A stretch of 48,898 bases of DNA. Source: Spirochaetales bacterium (GTDB lineage Bacteria > Spirochaetota > Spirochaetia > DSM-27196 > SKKC01). How positions within the stretch are numbered: position 1 is the stretch's first letter; each line of letters begins with the position of its first letter. The DNA lies in the NCBI GenBank assembly GCA_046545955.1, contig JBKGYS010000003.1:1-48898 (forward strand). The letters run 5' to 3'. Made by a program: the position numbers and the translations under genes. Under the pieces are notes generated by a model. It was not told the DNA's origin. It saw only the letters and a list, made by a program, of their open reading frames with translations, and did not search any database. Positions 17,918 to 26,200 of this stretch are shown here, piece by piece.

Positions 17918-19471
17918 CTACAAGTGCCGTCGCCTGAGCCAAACGACAATACCGCCTGTAAGCACCACCCCGGGAAGCAACCCCAGGGCTACCGCCGAGA
18001 GCACGTACACCTCGGCGCCGGAAAGGTTCATCGGCGTTCGTCCGAGACGCCGGGAAGGGACATTCACCGAAACTTCATCTCCACGCAGCCACCCCGCCGC
18101 GTTCAGGACAAAATCCCGATTGGCGTTCACCGTTCCCAGCTGCGGATGTGACCCAAGAAAGCGAACCGAAGATACCGAAAGCATCCGGCCCCCGCTCTGT
18201 CTGTCGGTCACCGCCGCGGCGAGCGTGAACGGCCCGGACTCGTCGCTCTCGCGGCGCGTCGCGCTCGAGTCGGTAAGGTCACTGCGAAGCCAAGCCTCCT
18301 CGCTCGTCCGAACGATCGGTTCCACGGTCACATCCCGCGGCACGACCGAGCGCTCGCGGAAGCCCATAGTCGTAGCAATAACAAGGGGTGTGTCCTGCTC
18401 GCGCAGCGGCTCTACGCTCGGGTGCGAGAGGAGCTCGGGGACAAGGTCGAACTCCCTCGTGCGACGCCGAGAATCATCGCCTTCGAAAATAATGCCGTGT
18501 CTGCGGTCGAGACCCCACCGCGCGAGTAGCTCGTCGAGATTCGGCGTGTCTCCCGCCGCCGCATCTGAGAGCAGAAGCACTGCCCCGCCCGAGCGCAGAT
18601 ACTCGTCTATGATATCGACGGCGTTCGCCGGGATATCGCGTTCAGCCGCCGCGAGCGCGAAAACATCAACCTCGTCTCCGATACTCTCCAACTGCACCGG
18701 GGATACGCGCTCGAACTCGAAGTTGGACGCCTCGAGGTCTTCAATAATCCCGGTTTCCTGAAGGCCGGGTGAACCGAGTCCTTCGAGCACCATGCCGCGG
18801 CTCAGCCGCCCGCGCGTGACATAGAGGAGCGCATTGGTCACGCGGCGCTCCACATCGAGATGAATATCTCCCTCCGAGGCGCCCTGTCGGCCGCGTGCGC
18901 CGGCTGTGAAAAGCTCTTGAGGCTCGATAACACGCGACTGGTTTTCGCCCGCCACAATTACCGCGCCATTGCGTGGCCGTTTGCCCCCGTCGGCGTACTC
19001 GGCTACGAGCGCCGGGTTGGCTTCGGCATCCGCGGTTCGAACCGTTATGCGATCGTTGAGCCTCGCGTAATTGTTAAGCGACTCGAGAACAAGCTGCTGT
19101 TCCTCTCCGGGAGCGAAAAAAGCAATCAGGTCGATGTTTTCCTCCACGTCCCGCGCGAGGCCGGTACTCGCTTCACTTAACGAGAAAAGCCCGCGATCGG
19201 TAATATCACGCTGAACGTCCAACCGTGCGGCAAGCAGATTCATCACAACAATCGCAGCAATGACCAGCGCGGTTGTCGCCGCCGCGTAACCGCCGTGGCG
19301 CACTGCCGGCGCGACACCGCGGCGCTTCGCGGTTGGCTCGGAGTCTTCCCGGGAGTCTTCCCGGGAGTCTTCCCGGGAGTCTTCGCGGGAGGCGGGCCCG
19401 CCGTCCTGTGACGCACCCCGCCGTCCGCGCGAGGCGCCGATTCGCACCCCGAACAGAGTTTTCAGGTCCAT
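17918..19471 (-). CDS. GldG-like ABC transporter auxiliary component
   Basis: N-terminal TM, DITDRGLFSLSEAS, ERRVTNAL, IDEYLRSGGAVL, NRDFVLNAAGWL, C-terminal TM ending VWLRRR. Confidence 0.85.
   Translation of the reverse strand: MDLKTLFGVRIGASRGRRGASQDGGPASREDSREDSREDSREDSEPTAKRRGVAPAVRHGGYAAATTALVIAAIVVMNLLAARLDVQRDITDRGLFSLSEASTGLARDVEENIDLIAFFAPGEEQQLVLESLNNYARLNDRITVRTADAEANPALVAEYADGGKRPRNGAVIVAGENQSRVIEPQELFTAGARGRQGASEGDIHLDVERRVTNALLYVTRGRLSRGMVLEGLGSPGLQETGIIEDLEASNFEFERVSPVQLESIGDEVDVFALAAAERDIPANAVDIIDEYLRSGGAVLLLSDAAAGDTPNLDELLARWGLDRRHGIIFEGDDSRRRTREFDLVPELLSHPSVEPLREQDTPLVIATTMGFRERSVVPRDVTVEPIVRTSEEAWLRSDLTDSSATRRESDESGPFTLAAAVTDRQSGGRMLSVSSVRFLGSHPQLGTVNANRDFVLNAAGWLRGDEVSVNVPSRRLGRTPMNLSGAEVYVLSAVALGLLPGVVLTGGIVVWLRRRHL
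19341..19388. repeat. In-frame 12-bp tandem repeat x4 encoding (SRED)4 in the GldG-like N-terminus
   Basis: GAGTCTTCCCGG x3 plus GAGTCTTCGCGG. Confidence 0.9.
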
Positions 19472-20325
19472 CGGCGCCGCTCCATATTCTGAATGGTAAG
19501 GAACACGAACACGCCGGCGAAACTCACGTAGAAAACAAGCGACGAGAGGCGAATGATGCCGAGCCGGAACTCCGGATATCTGTCAACCGGGCTTATGGCG
19601 AGCAGCGTACGCGAAATGAGATCGGTGAAGAGCGAAGACTCACCGAGGTACAGGAGCCCGGCCACGAGCCCGGCCGCAACGGCGATGCCCGCCGAAAGGC
19701 GGGCACTGGTGGTAACCGCGTAGATGTTGACACCGGCGAGCGAGATAAGCGCGAGCACGAATAGAAGCCCCGACCGCTCATCCGACGGGGCGATTTCACG
19801 AATACCGTCGATAAGCCACAGGGCAAGAAGCGCGACGAAGGTGAGAAACGCCGCGTTTACCTGGCTTTCGACCTGACCACCCACGAATAATCCGACCGCA
19901 ATAAAACACGCTCCGAGAAGAACGTATCCGAGGTACGCCCCGACAACCTCGCCGACCGCGAGGTCGCCGTAGACCGCCACGATAGCTGCGTAGACGAGCG
20001 TAAAAAGTACGGTGACGAGAAACACGGTACACGCGGCGAGATACTTGCCGACTACTACCGCCGAGACTGATACGGGCGCGCTCAAGAGCAACTTGTCGGT
20101 CCCCCGTCCGTACTCCTCGCTGAGAAGCCGCATGGTAAGAAGCGGTACGGTGAGTAGATGCAGGAATAGAATATTCTGCATGTACGTTGTATAGAAACTC
20201 GACCCGGTAAGGAGATGACCGGACACGAAAAAGTAGCCGGCAAGAAGCAGGAAAAGGCCCGTGTAGACCGCCCCGACGGGGGTTCGAATATAGGCCATGA
20301 GCTCACGCCGGTAGACTGCGCCCAT
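19462..20325 (-). CDS. ABC-2 type permease (GldF-like)
   Basis: RRELMAYIRTP, PLLTMRLLSEE..GTDKLLLSAPV, VVGKYLAA, ESQVNAA; multiple TMs. Confidence 0.88.
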   Translation of the reverse strand: MGAVYRRELMAYIRTPVGAVYTGLFLLLAGYFFVSGHLLTGSSFYTTYMQNILFLHLLTVPLLTMRLLSEEYGRGTDKLLLSAPVSVSAVVVGKYLAACTVFLVTVLFTLVYAAIVAVYGDLAVGEVVGAYLGYVLLGACFIAVGLFVGGQVESQVNAAFLTFVALLALWLIDGIREIAPSDERSGLLFVLALISLAGVNIYAVTTSARLSAGIAVAAGLVAGLLYLGESSLFTDLISRTLLAISPVDRYPEFRLGIIRLSSLVFYVSFAGVFVFLTIQNMERRRWT

Positions 20326-21305
20326 TAGACTTCCTCCCCGGAGGTCAGTCGCACGAACACCTCTTCGAGGCCTGGGCTTCGTGGCGCAAGGTAGACAAGC
20401 GGCAGCCCGGCCGCCGATGCGGCGGCGAACACCGCCTGGCGGGGGTCGCTGTCGTTATGCCCGTACACCGTAAACCTGGCTGCGCCCTGCCTCGGCCCGG
20501 CTGAGGCTTTGCTCGGCCCGGCTTCGACCGGCGTTACCCGGCTCACGCCGGCGGCGCTCTCGAGTACGGCTTTGGCGGTTTCGATATCCGTGGGAGGCGC
20601 AAACTCGACCTCGCACGCGCTGCCCTCCCCCATCGACCTAGCGATATCTTCGAGTGTCCCGTCTGCGACAATACGACCCTCGTGCATCATAATGACCCGC
20701 GCACATACAGCCCGAACCTCGGGAAGAATGTGCGAACTCAAGATCACCGTGTGATCGTGGCCGAGCTCTTCGATGAGAAGCCGGATATCCACAATCTGGC
20801 GAGGATCCAGACCTGCAGTCGGCTCATCGAGGACGAGGATCTCGGGATCTCCAACAAGCGCGCCGGCGAGCCCGACGCGCTGTCGATAGCCCTTGCTCAG
20901 ATTACCGATTTTTCGTCCACCGACATCGGTAATGCGCGCCTGCTCGAGCACTCGATCGACAGCTTTTTTCGAATCCCGCCGGGAGACCAGGCGAAGACGC
21001 GCGACAAACAGAAGGTACTCGCTTACCGTCATTTCGGGGTACACCGGAGGCTGCTCGGGCAGGTACCCAACACGCCGTCGCGCGTCCCGGTGATTGAGAA
21101 ACGGATCGTGCGAATCGATGGCGATCTTACCGGATGTCGGCCCGAGACAACCGCAGAGAATATTCATGGTGGTGCTTTTGCCGGCGCCGTTTACCCCTAA
21201 AAGCCCCACAACCTCGCCCTTTTCTACGCGAAAGGAGATGTTGGAGACCGCTTTACGGCTCCCGTAATACTTTGAAAGCGAGGTTACCTCGATTGCTGCG
21301 CTCAC
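20325..21305 (-). CDS. ABC transporter ATP-binding protein (GldA-like)
   Basis: Walker A GVNGAGKST, signature LSKGYRQRVG, Walker B LVLDEPTAGLDP, H-loop SSHIL. Confidence 0.95.
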   Translation of the reverse strand: MSAAIEVTSLSKYYGSRKAVSNISFRVEKGEVVGLLGVNGAGKSTTMNILCGCLGPTSGKIAIDSHDPFLNHRDARRRVGYLPEQPPVYPEMTVSEYLLFVARLRLVSRRDSKKAVDRVLEQARITDVGGRKIGNLSKGYRQRVGLAGALVGDPEILVLDEPTAGLDPRQIVDIRLLIEELGHDHTVILSSHILPEVRAVCARVIMMHEGRIVADGTLEDIARSMGEGSACEVEFAPPTDIETAKAVLESAAGVSRVTPVEAGPSKASAGPRQGAARFTVYGHNDSDPRQAVFAAASAAGLPLVYLAPRSPGLEEVFVRLTSGEEV

Positions 21306-21332
21306 GGCTGCTGAACTCCCGACGCGCGTACG

Positions 21333-22340
21333 CTACACCGTGGGGCCCTTTGTCCGCAATCGCAAAAACTGCGCGGTAGGCTCCCAAGCGCGCCAACCGT
21401 ATCCACCGGAGTGGAGATAGGCGACCGGAAGCCCACGGTCCCGGATGAACTCCCATACCAAGCGGTCACGCTCGGCCATCTGATCGAGTGAAAGGCGCAG
21501 CGTAGCCGTTGACGGAAGCTCATCGTGCTCGTAAGGATCGGCGCCGTAAACCGCCACGACAAGATCCGGGCGGGGATAGCGGTCGAGTTCGGCCAGCCCC
21601 GCACTGAGTTTCGCAGTATACTGCTTCTCCTCACCGTCGTAGACAGGAATTTCCACATTACTGTCGATGAACGAAGGATTCGGGCGGCCGTCGGCGAGTG
21701 TCCGTGGCTCTGTGAGAGGCCAACTGTCACCCATATGAATGCTCAACGTTACAATCGAATTGTCGTCGGCGGTAAGCGCGGCCGTCCCGTCTCCCTTATG
21801 CGCGTCGGTATCGATGACCCACGCGGTACGAATTGTCCCGGTCGCCTGAAGCGCGCGTATTCCGATGACAATATCATTTATAAGGCAGAATCCGCCGCCG
21901 TAGTCGTACATAGCGTGGTGCATCCCACCTCCCAGGAAAAAGCAGAATCCTCGGTGCATGGCGCGACGCATGCACTGGATGCTGCCGCCGGCGATATCAA
22001 GGAGGTGATCGAAAAGGTGACCAAGCGGGACTTCCGCCTGCGAGGGGTCGTAGCGATGATAGCTTCCGTCCTCGGCAATTAGCTCGAACGCGCGTTTGAG
22101 CTCTTCGTCGCGAGCGTAGGGATCGAGTATACGCGAGACGTAATCCGAATCGTGCGCGCGCTCGAGATCCTCCCGCGTGGGAAATGTCTGATCACGCCCT
22201 ATCATCCACTCGGGGCGCTCGCCCGGACCAATGTCTCCGGCAAGCCTTTCGAACACTAGGTCGGCGGTTTTCGGCATAACCGGCACCTGGATTCCGTAGC
22301 GGGCAAGGCCGCCCTCATCGCGCGTATTTACGAGAATCAT
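21333..22340 (-). CDS. Histone deacetylase-family (Zn-dependent) amidohydrolase
   Basis: GGGMHHA, GGFCLIND, IDTDAHKGDGT, TLSIHM, YGADPYEHD, HSGGYG; start taken as ATG 22340. Confidence 0.9.
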   Translation of the reverse strand: MILVNTRDEGGLARYGIQVPVMPKTADLVFERLAGDIGPGERPEWMIGRDQTFPTREDLERAHDSDYVSRILDPYARDEELKRAFELIAEDGSYHRYDPSQAEVPLGHLFDHLLDIAGGSIQCMRRAMHRGFCFFLGGGMHHAMYDYGGGFCLINDIVIGIRALQATGTIRTAWVIDTDAHKGDGTAALTADDNSIVTLSIHMGDSWPLTEPRTLADGRPNPSFIDSNVEIPVYDGEEKQYTAKLSAGLAELDRYPRPDLVVAVYGADPYEHDELPSTATLRLSLDQMAERDRLVWEFIRDRGLPVAYLHSGGYGWRAWEPTAQFLRLRTKGPTV

Positions 22341-22496
22341 ACGCTCGCCATAGTGCACAGCCTTCCGGGTATCGCGCAAGGGATCGCAGGAGGCTTGCCG
22401 GCCGCCCGGACGCCTCCAGAACGCGATACCCTGCGTCGGCCGCCGAGGCGGCCTTCAAATGGCGGGGTTCCCCGATCGCTTAAAGACTCCCGGATG

Positions 22497-23237
22497 CTAC
22501 CGCGACTCGATCGGCCTCTGATCGAGTTTGTTCAAGTACGCGACGTCGAGCCCCGAGTAGTCGATCCACGGCTCGATGTCGGGCCCCTCCTCCTCGGTTG
22601 TCAGCCACATCCGTTCATCGTCGGTGGGATCGAAGAGAATGTAGAAGGAATCGAGGACTCCAAAGGTCTCAGCCTTAATGACTCCATCGGAGATCTCCTC
22701 GACAATGTACGCGCCCTGAGCGATGTCTACGATCGGCACGTCCTCGTGGAGGATGAAAAGATCAAGGGATGGGGCATACGGCACTTCCACAATGGTGAGC
22801 CGGCCACCACTGAAGTCCCACTCGCCTACGATCGTATCCATGACAGCGGTTTCTTCCACTCGGCGGTATATGGCGATTGGAAAGCCATGTGTGTCCGCGT
22901 CTCGTATAAGAAGCTTTTCACCATCATCCTGTAATTCGAAATGACTTCTGTAGTCGATTCCGACACTTGTGGTTGCCGTCTCCGATGATGGGCTAAGCAG
23001 AATTTCGGTCCATCTCGGAGGCCGATCACCACCAATCTCCCAAAAAATGTCTTCACCTTCGGGAACCTCTATTTTTCTGAACTCGGCCCCTTCGGGTTCA
23101 TGCAACTGCTGAGTCCAGTCGTGTACGAGCGGTAACCACCAGGTATCGAATAGTTTTTCGTACTCCTGAGCGGAGGCAATTCCTGCGACCGCCATCAACG
23201 TGCCCAGCGACAAAACGACCAGTATTCTTCTGCTCAT
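22497..23237 (-). CDS. Secreted acidic hypothetical protein; candidate cognate immunity protein
   Basis: Sec signal MSRRILVVLSLGTLMAVAGIASA; RBS overlaps the giant gene's stop (TAAGGAGA, 10-nt gap); GC about 47% in two 60-nt samples; immunity role is inference. Confidence 0.7.
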   Translation of the reverse strand: MSRRILVVLSLGTLMAVAGIASAQEYEKLFDTWWLPLVHDWTQQLHEPEGAEFRKIEVPEGEDIFWEIGGDRPPRWTEILLSPSSETATTSVGIDYRSHFELQDDGEKLLIRDADTHGFPIAIYRRVEETAVMDTIVGEWDFSGGRLTIVEVPYAPSLDLFILHEDVPIVDIAQGAYIVEEISDGVIKAETFGVLDSFYILFDPTDDERMWLTTEEEGPDIEPWIDYSGLDVAYLNKLDQRPIESR

Positions 23238-23247
23238 GCGTTTCTCC

Positions 23248-26200
23248 TTACCACCAGCTGTCGAGTCCGAGTTGAGACCAGTACGGCTCCTCCGGCTCGA
23301 CCCTGTTCACTTGAATCAGATCCATCCGCTGAATCTCGTCAAAAGCCCGCCTGCTACGGCCGATATACTCGCTGTAACTTCCGGGCGCTGCACGTCTGCC
23401 GTCCCAGGGATTGGCCGTGGAAACATAACCCGAGAGAACGTCTCGACTTGTCTCCGGTCCGGTTACGGTTTCTATTTCGTTTATCACTTCCGAGTGAACT
23501 CCGTTCGGATATACGTCTCTCATTTCCTCGTCAGGATGCGCGATTCGGAGGTACCCGAAGTACTCGCTTTCATCGTGATGGGTACGCGAGAGTTCGGTGT
23601 ACTGAGGATCGTATATGCTTTCGATATGATCGAATTCGATATCGTCACCGGTGAAGCTGTTCAGAGCCGAAACGATATTCTCTATCGACAGAAGCGTCCC
23701 CTGCCCTCGACTGTTGCGGCTGTAGTAGCCGTTATCCCGCATTGCCTCGTTGAGCTCGATCGGGTTGCGGGTCTGCCCGGTGGCCTTATTGACCATGTAG
23801 CCTATCGAATACAGCGCGCAGCCGTACGTCCACACATCGATTTTCTGCTGGGGTTGATAGTCGTAACGACTGATTCCGTTCTCATGCTCTTCGATCAACA
23901 TTTCTGAAAACTCCCGGTACTCCAGCGGATCTTCTCCCTTCTCATTCAGATATCCCTCATACAGCGTCCTCCTATGCGCCTCGTTGTACTCGTCAATTTC
24001 CTGTTGATCCGGACCGTCGAGCAGGGCAACGGTAAGTACTTCCCGCATGCTCCAGTCGTTCTGGTACATGCCTTCGGAGCTTACGCGGGCAAAAAAGTCG
24101 TCTTGCTCCGCTCCGTATCCGACTCGTGCGTAACGGTTGAATACATCGAGCTGCCCCACTTGCCTCGCGGCTTCGTAGAGCGAGTATTCGCTTCGAATAA
24201 AATCGTCCGAAAGTAGCTGCCGCTCGTATCCGTCGACGATCATTCGATCGGCCATGCGCATGCGGGACAATACGGACGCCTGCGTTTCAGCGACATTTTC
24301 CGAGCTTGTCACTACCGTACTGTCGGAGCGTCGCTCGCCTACCCGATATCCGTCGCGCAGCGCTTCATGCTGCATGGTCAGACCGGCGACTAATCTGCCG
24401 GACAGGTTGTCGGCCCCGCGGTCTCCGAGCGTCCGCATATTCACCGTTAACCGGCCGTCGCCGACGGCCGAGGCAAATGCCTTATGAAGATCCTCTTCGT
24501 GAAAGTCATCTTTATACCCGACGCGAAGTAGTGCATTACCACGCAAAAGGTCATCGCGCAGACCATCGCCCTTTTTGTCACCGTAGCTGTAGAGCGTGCG
24601 AAGCGCCGTGGCGGCGTGTGACGTCCCGGTATGCGCCTCGGCTACATCCGCCGCGCCGAACAGGTCGTAACCGCGCATTCGTTGCTGCTCAAAGAATGTG
24701 CCCATGCCGCCGGCGATATCCGACATCCGAAAAGCGCTTGTATCGATGCCACCGCGACCGAGCGTTATTTCCGCACCGCCTTCACCGAGGTGGACCTCGG
24801 CAAGTCCGGCGGAATTCCAATCCCTGCCGGCAAGCGCACCGATGTCGCGCAGGTTTGCGACGTTCACTACCGTCTCGCCGGTCATGCCGTACTCGAGCCC
24901 GGCCCGCGCACCGCTTCCGACTGCACCGCCGACGGCTCGAACGTCGCCCCGGTGTACACGCGAAAACCCTTCGACGGTGCCGCCGGCAAGCGCTCCGACA
25001 GCCTCGCCGCCGTACCCGGCGAGCGCACGGTCACCGAGGCTTGCATCGAGGAACGATTCGGTCGAGAAGCCGAGCCCGCGTACGTCGTCGATCTGTACCG
25101 CATGAACCGCGCCGCTTCCCGCGTTTGATACCGCCGCGGCGGTCAAATTTCCGGCCATACTACCAAGCATAGTCTCGGCGCCGATGGTTCCTCCGACCGC
25201 GTTTGCGGCGAAACCGGAGACATGGTTCACACCAGCGGCGGCACCCGCCTGCATTGTACCGAGCAATGCCTGTTCGGCGGTACCGTCACCGCTCGCCATG
25301 TCAAGCGCGCCCCACGCGGCCGCATTTCCAACACTCAGGGCAAGGCTCGCCCCGCCGCTCATAAACGCTCCGGCGACTCCTACACCCACGTCGGCAACCT
25401 GACGGATCGTCGGGGCGTATTCACCCTGCCATAGCGGAGTGTTGTGAAGGCCCTCGGCAAGTTCCGAGAAGCCTGCCGCCTGCATTGCCTGGAAGTAACT
25501 GAACTCGCCCATAAGCCGGTGCATCTGCCCGCTTCCACGAAAGAGCACGCTGCGACGCCAGCTTCGGTCAAAGTCGATATCCGGGCGAAGCTGGGGTGCG
25601 TATCCTACGTGTTCACCGAAAAGTCCCGGCTGCTCCACTGCATCCGCGTTCCGCAGAACGGTATGATCACCTTCGCCGACGTCGAATGTCCGCGCAAACC
25701 ATCCCCGCTCGATATCTATCTTCGCGTTTTCGCCGGCTTCGGCGACGGTCTTTGCCTCAGCGTCCGACTCGCCGAAAACCGATTCGAGCTCGCCCTCGAG
25801 CTCGGCCACAGCCGCGTCGAGCTGCGCCTCGATTCCCCGGCCGCTCATGCGGCTTAACGTGGTCGAGCTCAGGTCGGTCTCGACGTCAAAACTGTAGTCG
25901 TCGAAGTGGCGGTAGCGGCGTACCCTGTGATGCTCGCGAATTGCGCCATTGAGCACGGTATCACCTACAAGGGTATCGCGCTGATAGCTCGAACCCGAGA
26001 TCATCCATCCCGCGCCGGTATAGGTGCGGTCCACATTCGCCTCTACCGATTCATTTGCCTGTCGGACCCGCCGTCTCATCTTTTCGGCGATCTGCACAAA
26101 GCGCTCCCGCGCCCGCTCGGCGCTGACCAGGCTCACCGCCCGCTCGATCTCCGCGCTGTCGGCGGTTCGCGCCGCACGGATGCGGTGCAGCACCTCGCCT

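Noticed and set aside
17918-21305. Gliding motility function for the GldA/F/G-like genes
   Set aside because: These ABC families are widespread outside Bacteroidota and no other gld/spr genes are present.
22389-22417. Hairpin GGAGGC..GCCTCC between the candidate immunity gene and HDAC as a terminator
   Set aside because: Interrupted stem and no U-tract; such stems arise easily at this GC content.
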